Positions 49,139 through 59,389 of a DNA stretch of 64,000 bases are shown here, one piece after another (positions within the stretch are counted from its first letter, which is position 1; the number at the start of each line of letters is the position of its first letter). Below the pieces are notes generated by a model. It was not told the DNA's origin. It saw only the letters and a list, made by a program, of their open reading frames with translations, and did not search any database. Both the position numbers and the translations under genes were made by a program. Origin of the DNA: Promethearchaeota archaeon (GTDB taxonomy: Archaea; Asgardarchaeota; Lokiarchaeia; Sigyniarchaeales; SOKP01); the NCBI GenBank assembly GCA_016840085.1, contig JAEOTA010000036.1:32001-96000 (forward strand), written 5' to 3'.

Positions 49139-50176
49139 TTAAAGCATATTTTTAATCATCCAACGTAATGCTTTCATAATTCTCTCATCTTCCTCCAAAA
49201 CATTAATTGGAAAATATCTAATTCTCATATCCACTTCTTTTAATTCCTTAATAGCAAACGATTCTTGAATGAATTCTGAGGAAAATTTTTCTTTATTATA
49301 AAATTTATTACCTATAATTAGTATTGGAACTAGTCTATTTCCCATTTCTAAACGTCTGTCATCAATTATCTGAAAAAGTTTTTTTGTTTCATTCAAAGAA
49401 TCTTCATTAGATGCATTAAAAATTAATATGAATCCCTGTGCATGTTCCATACATTTTTCAAAAGATTCGTAGCCCTTACAATAAAAATCACATTTATTAT
49501 CGTCAAAATTTAAAATTTCGAGATTTTCTACTAGTACTTCATAGATACGAGTTGGTAAATCATCACTTTTTATATTGAGAAATTGTATTAATTCAACATT
49601 TTTTAGAAAAGTTGTTCTACCAGTTTTTGGAGCCCCTACAATGAATACTTTCTTAATAATTCGTTTACTTACTATTGGGGTTTCTATTTGATAACTTGGA
49701 GATAATCTTTTAAAATATTTACTAAAGATTTCTAAGAATTTGTTTTTTAAATCATTATTAGCTAAATTTAAGATACTATCATTTAAAGCTCCATTCTTAT
49801 TTGAATGTAATAGGGACGCAAGATCGTTTAATTTTCTTAATTCTACAGCAAATTCTTCCAATATTGGTGATTTTGATTCTAAATATTTGAAAACATCTAC
49901 AATTTGATCCTTGAAAATAGCGGTTCTAACCAAATAACTGATCATTAATAATTCCTTACCACCACGAGCAAATTGAGAATCGATATAGAAAATATGATTT
50001 ACTGTCTGGAATTTTCTATACGCAAAAATAAATGTACCCTCTTCGTCATTAAATTCAAGAATTCGTCCTAAATCTGGTGTTCCTGCTATCTCACTCAAAC
50101 TCTCATTTGCATATAACAAATTTGGGCCAATAACTTGATCAAAATAAGAAACACAGAGTATTTGGTCTTCGGACAT
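49139..50176 (-). CDS. uDENN/longin (folliculin/SMCR8-like) domain fused to a degenerate small GTPase
   Basis: SYFDQVIGP and NHIFYIDSQFARGG in the N-terminal domain. GTPase part: VFIVGAPKTGRTT, AQGFILIFN, PILIIGNKFY. Confidence 0.7.
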   Translation of the reverse strand: MSEDQILCVSYFDQVIGPNLLYANESLSEIAGTPDLGRILEFNDEEGTFIFAYRKFQTVNHIFYIDSQFARGGKELLMISYLVRTAIFKDQIVDVFKYLESKSPILEEFAVELRKLNDLASLLHSNKNGALNDSILNLANNDLKNKFLEIFSKYFKRLSPSYQIETPIVSKRIIKKVFIVGAPKTGRTTFLKNVELIQFLNIKSDDLPTRIYEVLVENLEILNFDDNKCDFYCKGYESFEKCMEHAQGFILIFNASNEDSLNETKKLFQIIDDRRLEMGNRLVPILIIGNKFYNKEKFSSEFIQESFAIKELKEVDMRIRYFPINVLEEDERIMKALRWMIKNML

Positions 50177-50331
50177 TTTGACATTTAATCTTATGTAATT
50201 TCAAAAAAATTACTAAAAGCTCATTGAAATAATAAGTTGAGCTTTAATTTAAAATTTATAATATGAAATGAAATATCTCGTATATATTTAATTTGAGGCT
50301 TTTAAAAAAAAAAATATTGAGTTTATATTGA

Positions 50332-52020
50332 TTAATGAAGAAAACCTAAAATAAAGCTCAATCCCGTTTGATACGGTGATATGGAACAAATCATTAATGT
50401 AAAGAATAATGTATTAACAATAGCTCCTGCAATAATATTTCCGCTTTTTTTATATATTAAAGTAGAAGTAAATGCATTCAGTAAAAAAAGTGGTATTGCA
50501 AAAGGTAAGAAAGATCCAAAATAAAAGAAACTCCCCATAATCAACGCTACAATAAACAGATACGTAAACCAGTATAAGAATAGAATTCCAAAAATTATAA
50601 TTGAGACCTTAATTAGGGTTTTATTTCCATCTTCAAATTTGTTTTGGAGAACTCCATGAAATATTAGTCCATAAATCATAAAAAAAATGAAGTTTATAAC
50701 TAAAAACAACGGAACCCATGCAATTTTTAATAATGAAGGGATCATCCCTAAATAATTTAATCCACTAGAAAGATATATTATTAAAGTTAAAATTACAGCT
50801 AAAACAATGCCTAATATGAAATTTCTGATTATATTTTCTCTTGATGTTTTAAAAGGTTTCTTAATAATTTCAATTAATCCAACTTTCTTTTTTTTTCCAC
50901 TTCTCCAAAGTAGGACTAAAATTCCAAACGCTTGTCCAAATAACAGAGCTGAAATAAATCCCGCAACCGCTAAAAACAGTAATAATAGAATTGGAATAAA
51001 AATAAATATTCCAAATAACCCAAGTATTAAAGAATAGGCCAACATTTTGCTTCCGATACTAAGAATACTTCCATCTTCTATCTCAAGTTTGAATACTTCT
51101 TCTTCTTTTGGCTTTAGAATAACTTGGGAGAGGGGATCAATTATCAAAATGAAAAATCCGAATCCTCCAAAAAGTTGAAGAGAAAGGATCAATAATCTAG
51201 TATTCATAACATAATTCTCTTCTACAGATCTAACATCAGGAAAAGTATTTGCTAGAAAATTTCGGGCTTCTCTAATGAAGTCTGGATCCCAATCTCCTAA
51301 TACATGGTTTGTTAAATCATCTAAATATATCATGGAAGCATTACCATCTTGAAAACTTCCATATAACTGATTTACATCGAGATTAGAAGCAGGAATACCT
51401 GTATAATCTGATAACCCTACTTTTAAATCGTCTGGTGAAATTAGCTCATCATATCGTCCAAGAATCATTAATATATTTAATGATGCAGTAGAATTTCCTT
51501 TTCTTATATTTGTAGGTAATCTAGTTCCTGCACCTATGAAACACTTAAAATCAGTCGATTCATTTACAAGCTGAATCCCTACTCCACCCATCGAATATCC
51601 AAAATAGGCAAGATTGTTCATATCAATATCAGGTCTAGAGTTTAAATATGATACAATTGCTAAGATATCATTTGTTAAAGAACCCCAACGATGTTCCCCA
51701 GTACTCTGCCCATGTCCTCTAAAGTCAAAAGGAACTGCAACAAAACCTGCTGCAGCAAATTCTACAGCATAATCCTTTAGCATTTCCTTATTTGACATTA
51801 CTCCATGCCCTAGAATAATAGCCTTCTTACTTGAGCCACTATTTTTCGGCTCAAAAACATTAAAAGAAATTGTAACTCCATCAATAGTTTTTACAGTTTT
51901 TCCATAAGTGGATTTTATCCCGATTGGTGTTATAAAGATTAAAACGGTTCCAATGATAAAGAATGCTAAGAATACACAGATAAGAATAATTCTTTTTTTA
52001 GTTATATCCATTTTTCTCAT
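50332..52020 (-). CDS. Membrane-anchored alpha/beta hydrolase with multi-pass C-terminal membrane domain
   Basis: N-terminal TM, LGHG, DFRGHGQS, nucleophile GYSMG, YDELI, TNH, then about 8 TM segments. Confidence 0.85.
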   Translation of the reverse strand: MRKMDITKKRIILICVFLAFFIIGTVLIFITPIGIKSTYGKTVKTIDGVTISFNVFEPKNSGSSKKAIILGHGVMSNKEMLKDYAVEFAAAGFVAVPFDFRGHGQSTGEHRWGSLTNDILAIVSYLNSRPDIDMNNLAYFGYSMGGVGIQLVNESTDFKCFIGAGTRLPTNIRKGNSTASLNILMILGRYDELISPDDLKVGLSDYTGIPASNLDVNQLYGSFQDGNASMIYLDDLTNHVLGDWDPDFIREARNFLANTFPDVRSVEENYVMNTRLLILSLQLFGGFGFFILIIDPLSQVILKPKEEEVFKLEIEDGSILSIGSKMLAYSLILGLFGIFIFIPILLLLFLAVAGFISALLFGQAFGILVLLWRSGKKKKVGLIEIIKKPFKTSRENIIRNFILGIVLAVILTLIIYLSSGLNYLGMIPSLLKIAWVPLFLVINFIFFMIYGLIFHGVLQNKFEDGNKTLIKVSIIIFGILFLYWFTYLFIVALIMGSFFYFGSFLPFAIPLFLLNAFTSTLIYKKSGNIIAGAIVNTLFFTLMICSISPYQTGLSFILGFLH

Positions 52021-52223
52021 TTTTGTCCACTATAAATAGTTCTAATAGACGTTTAATTGATAAGTAATTAGAGTTTGCGATTTATTAATATTATCTTTTT
52101 AGATATATGTTCTTTAGCAACAATATGATGCTTTTTTTTTTTCGAAATCTTTAATTTATTAATGAAACTTTTTTATCAGTCAAAAATTTTTTTTCAATAT
52201 CATAATATTTAGGTAAATTTAAC

Positions 52224-53453
52224 ATGATTACAGATCAAAAGATTATGAAAAGATGGATGGTGGTATTAGGAGCAATTTTGATTCAACTTGCTTTAGGTTC
52301 AATTTATTCATGGGGAACTATGACTCAATTTATAAGTGGAGGAGAATATTTATCTGAATCTGCAGAAGTAACCATATATATTTTCGGCATTGGATTAGCT
52401 GCTTTTGCTATTACAATGATATTCGCTGGAAAATTACAGCAAAAATATGGTCCAAAAAAGATTTCTATGCTCGGAGCAGCATTTATTGGAGCTGGTACTA
52501 TCTTATCTGCTTTAATGACAAATTTCATTGGTTTATTTATTACTTATGGGATTATATTTGGAATGGGAATTGGTTTTGCGTATGTATGTCCAATTGCTAC
52601 AGCTGCTAAATGGTATCCAGATAAGAAGGGATTAATTAGTGGTATTGCTGTAGCTGGTTTTGGTGCGGGATCTTTTATCTTTAATTATTTAATAAGATTC
52701 TTTGCACCCCTTGGGATTCCAAGTATGTATCTATTATTAGGTATTATCTATTTGGCGTTTATTTTAACTGGGGCTATGACAATGAATACTCCTCCAGAAG
52801 GGTGGCTTCCAGAAGGCTATATTCCACCATCATTTACAGAAGATACTGCCGTTGGATTAATCGAATTTGAACGTAGTGAAATGGTTAAACAAAAACAGTT
52901 TTGGCTGTTATGGTTAGCTTATATATTAGGATGCATGCCTGGTTTATTAGTTATAGGAACATTCTCATCATTTGCTAAAAGCAATTCTTCATTTATAATC
53001 TCTGCCGCTGATTTTGTACTTGTAGGGAGCATAGGAGCATTGTTTAATGGACTTGGAAGAATTTTTTGGGGAAAAATTGCCGACATTTTTACTTATAAAA
53101 GAGCCATGTTGATGATGTTTACAGTACAGGCAATTTCATTATTCCTTTACTTCTCAACAAACATAGATATAATCTATTACTTGATTATTACTTGTGTTAT
53201 CCTTCTCTGTTTTGGCGGGAATCTAAGTTTGTTTCCTACGGGAACTGCTGATCTTTTCGGAAATAAACATTTAGGAGAAAATTACGGAGTTATGTTTACA
53301 GCTTATGGTATTGCGGGCTTCATTCAAGCAGTCGCTACAAATGCATTAGTTCTTGCTTTTGGTGGTTATTTCCAATTATATCTAGTTATGGCATTCTTTA
53401 CCATAGGCTCAGTAATCCTGGTATTTCTAGTGAAACCTTCTAAAAAAGAATAA
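52224..53453 (+). CDS. MFS transporter, oxalate/formate antiporter (OFA) family
   Basis: GSIYSW, KWYPDKKGLISGIAVAGFGAG, FNGLGRIFWG, FGNKHLGENYG. Confidence 0.9.
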   Translation: MITDQKIMKRWMVVLGAILIQLALGSIYSWGTMTQFISGGEYLSESAEVTIYIFGIGLAAFAITMIFAGKLQQKYGPKKISMLGAAFIGAGTILSALMTNFIGLFITYGIIFGMGIGFAYVCPIATAAKWYPDKKGLISGIAVAGFGAGSFIFNYLIRFFAPLGIPSMYLLLGIIYLAFILTGAMTMNTPPEGWLPEGYIPPSFTEDTAVGLIEFERSEMVKQKQFWLLWLAYILGCMPGLLVIGTFSSFAKSNSSFIISAADFVLVGSIGALFNGLGRIFWGKIADIFTYKRAMLMMFTVQAISLFLYFSTNIDIIYYLIITCVILLCFGGNLSLFPTGTADLFGNKHLGENYGVMFTAYGIAGFIQAVATNALVLAFGGYFQLYLVMAFFTIGSVILVFLVKPSKKE

Positions 53454-53546
53454 GAATTAGGCTTTAGTCAAAAAAATTTAACTTTTCTATTTTCCTTTTT
53501 TTAGAAACATAAGAAATAAAAAAAGAAATAGTTAAGAAATAATTAA

Positions 53547-55199
53547 TTATAACTTTCTACGTTTCATCTGAAATATAATAGCAGAAAATGAGACAAATAA
53601 TATTACTATCATGTATATATTATAACCAGGAATGATACCTCCTCCATCTCCATTGTCATCTCCATCTCCATTGTCATCTCCATCACCATTTCCGTCTCCC
53701 TCATAAGTAATTTCCACTTCCACTTCAATGCAGTTCGAAGTAGCATTTCCGAAATTATTGAAGGCTACACCTATAAAGTAATATGTTCCATTAGAATATC
53801 CCGTTAAAGGAAGTGAAAGATCATCAGTTTCCTCTTCTAATATCGTTATGCTATCAACAATTTCAGTAATATAATTTGAGGATTGATAAATTGAATAGCT
53901 ACTCACTCTTGGTGATGGAGTCCAACTTAATGTAAAATTTCCATCAGTATCTAAAACTCCCGCATCAGATGATAAAGTAAAACCTCCAGGAGATTCAATC
54001 GAAAACTTTACAAGAAAAAGATTATAAATACCTCCCCCTTCATAACAATAACCCGTGATATATATTTTATCAAAGGATTCAATAACTAAATCATAACTGT
54101 AATAATCATATGAAGGATTTCTCTCCCAATGTTTATACCATATAAGAGTTCCTGATGAATCATACTTTACTATGCTAATATTTGACATTACGGTATATCC
54201 TCCCACATAAATATAGTCAGCCGAATCTACTCCAATACCACGTGCTTCATCACTTCCTATAGTTCCCCAAGTTCTATTCCATTGCCAATTTCCTTCACAA
54301 TCATACTTAACAACGAAAAAGTCCCTTTGTATTGCCCCATAACTTAATGTAAAACCAGCAGCATATACATTATCCCTTGAATCTAATGTTATAGCCCATC
54401 CTTCATCTTGAGCAGTACCTCCCCACGTCTTATTCCATAAATCATTACCAGAGCTATTAAATTTCACTACTAAAAGATCCATAGTAACTGCTGACATACC
54501 CTCATAACCTGTAACATAGATATTATTAGATGAATCTAAGACAAGATCACGTCCAGATTGATAACCAGGACCATCAAATATAGAAGACCATTCTAAATGA
54601 CCTGAAGAATTATATTTTAATAAGAGCATTGCATAAGATGTGGTGAAAGTTTCACCAGAAATATATATTTTATCTTCAGAATCTATTTCTAGAGCCCAAG
54701 CATTATCATAATTCCCTCCATTAAAAGTTCTTTTCCATTCAAGATCTCCAGAACTATTAAATTTCAATAAAAGAGCATCAAAATTAGGAAATGTAGTCCC
54801 ATTAGCTCCAGCTACATATATATACCCATCTGAATCTAAAGCTATGTCATATCCTATTTCACGATTTCCATTATCCCAAGTAACATTCCATTGTTCTTCA
54901 CCAAGACTGTTATATTTAATCAAGAGAACATCTTCGTCTAAAGATGTTTCATTTTCTCCTACTATATAAATATCTCCAGTTGTTTCATCAATTACAATAC
55001 CTTGTCCAATTTCATCATCTCCCCTATCCCAAGTACGATTCCAATCTTCAGAAAAAGATAATTGTAATGTATCAAAAGAATTTTTAGAGGAAATTGATTT
55101 ATTTGATGTATAAAAAATCTTATTTAAATTAATAAGAAATATCGAGAATAGAAGAAATATCAGCAAAATCTTGAACTTTTCAATTTTTTTTTTTTCCAC
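53547..55199 (-). CDS. Secreted beta-propeller (SBBP-like repeat) protein with FN3-like domain and Loki-CTERM-type sorting tail
   Basis: Signal peptide. About 6-7 repeats of D..I.LDS..NIY(V/I)xG...D.LL.K(Y/F)NSSG...WNxTW. Gly/Asp linker. C-terminal IPGYNIYMIVILF...KRRKL. Confidence 0.85.
   Translation of the reverse strand: MEKKKIEKFKILLIFLLFSIFLINLNKIFYTSNKSISSKNSFDTLQLSFSEDWNRTWDRGDDEIGQGIVIDETTGDIYIVGENETSLDEDVLLIKYNSLGEEQWNVTWDNGNREIGYDIALDSDGYIYVAGANGTTFPNFDALLLKFNSSGDLEWKRTFNGGNYDNAWALEIDSEDKIYISGETFTTSYAMLLLKYNSSGHLEWSSIFDGPGYQSGRDLVLDSSNNIYVTGYEGMSAVTMDLLVVKFNSSGNDLWNKTWGGTAQDEGWAITLDSRDNVYAAGFTLSYGAIQRDFFVVKYDCEGNWQWNRTWGTIGSDEARGIGVDSADYIYVGGYTVMSNISIVKYDSSGTLIWYKHWERNPSYDYYSYDLVIESFDKIYITGYCYEGGGIYNLFLVKFSIESPGGFTLSSDAGVLDTDGNFTLSWTPSPRVSSYSIYQSSNYITEIVDSITILEEETDDLSLPLTGYSNGTYYFIGVAFNNFGNATSNCIEVEVEITYEGDGNGDGDDNGDGDDNGDGGGIIPGYNIYMIVILFVSFSAIIFQMKRRKL
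53642..53690. repeat. 18-bp coding tandem repeat (Gly/Asp/Asn linker)
   Basis: CTCCATCTCCATTGTCAT twice plus a degenerate partial third copy; encodes the GDGDDN repeats. Confidence 0.8.
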
Positions 55200-55355
55200 A
55201 AAAATTCACTTTTTTTTATAGATTTATTAAGTTAGTAACTAAATTAGATAAATATATTATTTTTTCTCTAATTATATATATCTATTCTTTTCTCAAGTAT
55301 ATAATTTTATAAGAGAGAATTTTCATATAATTTAAAAAAATCGAGGTATATTTTT

Positions 55356-56237
55356 ATGGGAGATTTTAAAAAGATGGAACAAGCCTATAAAGCTTCATCC
55401 AAAATACTTGAAAAACGTATGGCAAAAGAGCGTCCAAAGGATTTAGAAATCCTAAAGAAAATAAAAGACTCTTCGATCATTATCGTCGCTGGTTCTTATG
55501 ACAAAATAGAACTTGTCTTAGATCTGATTAAAATTCCTTATGTCTTGATTGAACCTCATGAATTCAGTCAAATTGATTTAAATCCCGACCAAATCTTAAT
55601 TGTTAATTGTCCGGGAGAAATTCAAGAAGGCTTAGAGAAAATTCGAGAGTTTGTAAAAAAGGGAGGGTTCTTATTTACCACTGACTGGGCTTTATTACAT
55701 ATTTTAGAAAAAGTGTTTCCTGAATATGTAAAATATAATGAACGTCCTACAGCTGATGATTGTGTCGGAGTGGAGGTTGTAGATAAGAGTAATAAATTTT
55801 TAGAAGGATTATTTAATGAAGATGCTGATCCCATTTGGTGGCTTGAAAGTTCATCGTATCCAATTCAAATCCTTGATAAAGAAAAAGTAAAAGTATTAGT
55901 AACAAGTAAAGAAATGCAGGAGAAATACGGTGAAGCCCCAATTGTCATTACATTTAATTATGGCGATGGTGGCACAGTTTTACATATGACAAGCCATTAT
56001 TATCTCCAGAGAGCAGAACTTAGAACAAAACGACATAAAATGAGCGCAAAAGAATATGCAATGAAAGAAGTAGGATTATCTGAAACTGAAGCGGATATGG
56101 ACGAATTGGAAGGATTAAGTCTAGGAGAAGCAGAGAGTGCTTATTCAACAACACAATTTATTAGCAATGTCATTGTTGAGCAACAGAAAAATATTAAAAA
56201 GCGAAAGAAGCAAAAGAAAGAAGAAGAGGAAAAATAA
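55356..56237 (+). CDS. Hypothetical protein, class I glutamine-amidotransferase-like fold
   Basis: ILIVNCPG...IREFVKKGGFLFTTDWAL...YGDGGTVLHMTSHY pattern. Confidence 0.55.
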   Translation: MGDFKKMEQAYKASSKILEKRMAKERPKDLEILKKIKDSSIIIVAGSYDKIELVLDLIKIPYVLIEPHEFSQIDLNPDQILIVNCPGEIQEGLEKIREFVKKGGFLFTTDWALLHILEKVFPEYVKYNERPTADDCVGVEVVDKSNKFLEGLFNEDADPIWWLESSSYPIQILDKEKVKVLVTSKEMQEKYGEAPIVITFNYGDGGTVLHMTSHYYLQRAELRTKRHKMSAKEYAMKEVGLSETEADMDELEGLSLGEAESAYSTTQFISNVIVEQQKNIKKRKKQKKEEEEK

Positions 56238-56721
56238 TCCTTAATTATAATTTTTTATAGCTTTTTATAGATAGGTAGGAAGAAGGGGATTTTAAAACAA
56301 GCCAATGGATAAAATTAACTCCCCTACCTTTGTTACCTAATTCCAAATAAAAAAATGCTTAAGACCTTATACCCCGACTATAGAAACCTCGAACTGTCTG
56401 GAAATAATTATTACTTAAAGTGAGTAATTTCATCTTATTCTATTTCTCAATTTTTATTTAATTATTAATTGTAAACTTAGTATTAATGACTTTAAGAGTC
56501 CAATTTTTATTATATATAAAAAATTAAATTTGAAAATAAAAACATTAGCTTTCCATTCCCAAAGGATTATAAAGAAGTAAATTACTTGGTTATTAAGCTT
56601 ATAATTAAGAAAAATACGGTAGCTATTAGATTTTATATTATACGTTTTTGAATAAAAATAAACAAAAACTATTTCAATTTTCTTATATTTTCAAAAACAA
56701 ATATTTTCCTCTTTACGAATC

Positions 56722-58146
56722 ATGGAAGAGATATTACCACTCCCACGAGAATTAAACGGAAAACGGTTAATTGGATATTCTATGGGAGATTTAGGGTTAT
56801 CTTTAGGTAATATCTTCACAGGTGTTTTTGTTTTTCAATATTATGTATATACAATTAATTTAAACGCTCTATTTGTTTCAGTTGGGGTAACCGTACAACT
56901 TATTATCGGAGCGCTCTTTTCTATAATATTTGGAGTAATTATTGACAAAAAAAAACCAGGTAAATTAGGCAAGCGACGGCCTTTTCTACTAATTGGCTTA
57001 CCTATATGGTTTATTACCGGTATTTTAATATGGATTCCCCCGTGGTATTGTCCAGAAGGAAATTCGATGTATATACCAACAGCAATCTATTTTTGGGTGG
57101 TAATTATAATTAGATCCATTTCAAGATCGTTGTTATTCAATGTATACGTTTCTATGCTTCCTGAACAGTCTCAAACTTTAAAAAACAGGGAGTCTGTAGC
57201 CTCTGTACGATCTGGTTTTTCTATAACTGCTTCAATCGTAGCACTGATGTTACCGCTAATAATTCAGAGTATTGTTGAAGATCCTACAAATGTTAAATGG
57301 TGGCAACCATCTGGTAAAATTATTCTTTTTTATATCCCAATAATTGCTGTTTGTTTTGCTATTTTTGGATTAATAGCTGTTCTTCTTATATTTTTCTCGG
57401 TTGATGAGAGTTTTCATAAAACATCACCTCCTTCTGAGAAGAAGAAAATTAGTTTAATAGAAACATTTAAAGGCATGGCGTTGCCGGCTAAAGATCGTAA
57501 CTTCAGGTACTTGGTAATGGCGGGATTTTTTGGGGGTATTGCTGGAAAAATATTAGGGCTTTTAGTGTTTCCTTTTCAAACGTATGTACTCAAGTTTACA
57601 GCAGGTTTTTTCTTTGTTTACGTTTTAATCTCAGTTTTTGGTAAGTTCGGGTGGTACTTTGTGTGGATGAAACTTCGAAAAAGGAATCATTTACTTAGAT
57701 CATATTCTATTGCAATGTTATTAGCAGTAATAGCTTCATTTTTTGGAATGTTCTTTTTAATTGGAATACTTCCTTTTGAAATGCAATTAATATTATATAT
57801 TTTAACATGGAGCACAGTTTTGGGTTCAATGTACTCCCTTCCTTTATTTTCAATCCCTATAACAGCTGCACTTGTTCATGAAGCAGCAGAAAATGCTGAT
57901 GAATCAAATATAGATAAAGCTATGTCAAAAATTTCTGGATCATATTACGGTTTATCACAATTTATTGCATCAATGGGACCAGCTACTGCTTCGTTAATTG
58001 TTGGATTTATTCTTTCTGGACCAAATGAAGAAAATGCAATAATCCTCATATTACTTTTTATATCTATGGGTCTTTTTTACTTGATAGCTTTATTTATTAT
58101 TAGAAAAATAAAAGTTAAACAGACTTCTCTATATAAGTATCAATAG
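56722..58146 (+). CDS. MFS transporter, GPH (Na+/melibiose symporter-like) family
   Basis: LIGYSMGD, FGVIIDK...LGKRRPFLLIG, YVSMLPE, DRNFR, SGSYYG. Confidence 0.88.
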   Translation: MEEILPLPRELNGKRLIGYSMGDLGLSLGNIFTGVFVFQYYVYTINLNALFVSVGVTVQLIIGALFSIIFGVIIDKKKPGKLGKRRPFLLIGLPIWFITGILIWIPPWYCPEGNSMYIPTAIYFWVVIIIRSISRSLLFNVYVSMLPEQSQTLKNRESVASVRSGFSITASIVALMLPLIIQSIVEDPTNVKWWQPSGKIILFYIPIIAVCFAIFGLIAVLLIFFSVDESFHKTSPPSEKKKISLIETFKGMALPAKDRNFRYLVMAGFFGGIAGKILGLLVFPFQTYVLKFTAGFFFVYVLISVFGKFGWYFVWMKLRKRNHLLRSYSIAMLLAVIASFFGMFFLIGILPFEMQLILYILTWSTVLGSMYSLPLFSIPITAALVHEAAENADESNIDKAMSKISGSYYGLSQFIASMGPATASLIVGFILSGPNEENAIILILLFISMGLFYLIALFIIRKIKVKQTSLYKYQ

Positions 58147-58177
58147 TTTGAGAGCTAATAAGATAGAATATATATAG

Positions 58178-59260
58178 CTATATATTGGCTGGATTTCTAA
58201 TAAAAACTTCAATTAATCGTACTGTGTCATAGATATCTTCAAGTTTTAATAATGAAGTGGGTGAGTGAATATAACGACAAGGGACAGAAACTACTGAACT
58301 AGGTACACCTTCTCGAGTGACTTGAATTTTCCCAGCATCAGTTAATCCATACATCGGCTTCTTTAGTTGATATGGAATTTTTTCTTGCTCTGCATTTTTT
58401 ATAAGTCTTCTATTTATTTTTGGACTTGAGATAATCGATTTATCTGCGACGGTTATAGCTGGACCTTTGCCAATATAAACGGGAATCTCTGATTCCTTAA
58501 TACCTGGCACATCTGCAGCCGTAGTATTCTCAATCGCAATCCCCATGGTTGGATTAAGTTTAAAAGCTCCTGTTGTTGCTCCAATTCTACCTATTTCTTC
58601 TTGTACAGCAAAATTGTACAATACAGTATCTTTAATTTCGGAATTCTCATTTAATAGCATCATTAAATGAAGAAGCACATTACATCCTGTTCTATCATCA
58701 AAAGCTTTCCCGCAAACCATATTATTTGGGAACTCTTCAAAAGTAGCAGAAAGGGTGCCTACGGAACCTATATTAATTTTAGAGTTTAACACTTCATCTT
58801 TTGAACTCATTCCTATATCAATATACATATCATTAAGCTCTACTATCTTTTTTCGTTCACTTACTGACGTAAGATGTGGAGGTTTAGACCCTATAATTCC
58901 CGGCATTATTTCTCCAGATTCAGTTCTTAATATTACAGATTGACCCAATAATATACGAATATCCCAACCACCAACCGGAACAAATCTTAAAAAACCATTC
59001 TTTTCAATATGAGAAACCATGAAACCAATTTCATCCGTATGCGCATCTAACAAGATTTCATTTTTACTTTCATTTCCTTCCTTTACAGCAAGAACATTTC
59101 CTAATTGATCTATCCAGACTCTATCCACTAAACCTTTATTTTCAATTTCACTAAGGATGAATTTACTTACATCTTCTTCATATCCAGAAACACCGAAAAA
59201 AGAAGATAATTTTCGTTGAAAGACTCTAATGCTTTCAATATTTAATATTTCACTCTTCAT
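58178..59260 (-). CDS. M42 family (TET-type) aminopeptidase
   Basis: DAHTDEIG, GKAFDDRTGC, VQEEIG, TDAG, PCRYIHSP. Confidence 0.93.
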   Translation of the reverse strand: MKSEILNIESIRVFQRKLSSFFGVSGYEEDVSKFILSEIENKGLVDRVWIDQLGNVLAVKEGNESKNEILLDAHTDEIGFMVSHIEKNGFLRFVPVGGWDIRILLGQSVILRTESGEIMPGIIGSKPPHLTSVSERKKIVELNDMYIDIGMSSKDEVLNSKINIGSVGTLSATFEEFPNNMVCGKAFDDRTGCNVLLHLMMLLNENSEIKDTVLYNFAVQEEIGRIGATTGAFKLNPTMGIAIENTTAADVPGIKESEIPVYIGKGPAITVADKSIISSPKINRRLIKNAEQEKIPYQLKKPMYGLTDAGKIQVTREGVPSSVVSVPCRYIHSPTSLLKLEDIYDTVRLIEVFIRNPANI

Positions 59261-59389
59261 AATTTAAAGAAATAGAATTTATTATGAGATTAAATAATTT
59301 GAGATAATTAAAACTATTTAATCAAATTATTGAAATACTTAAAAAAATTGAGTGAATACTAAAAATGATATTAATTAAGTTTAAAAAAA

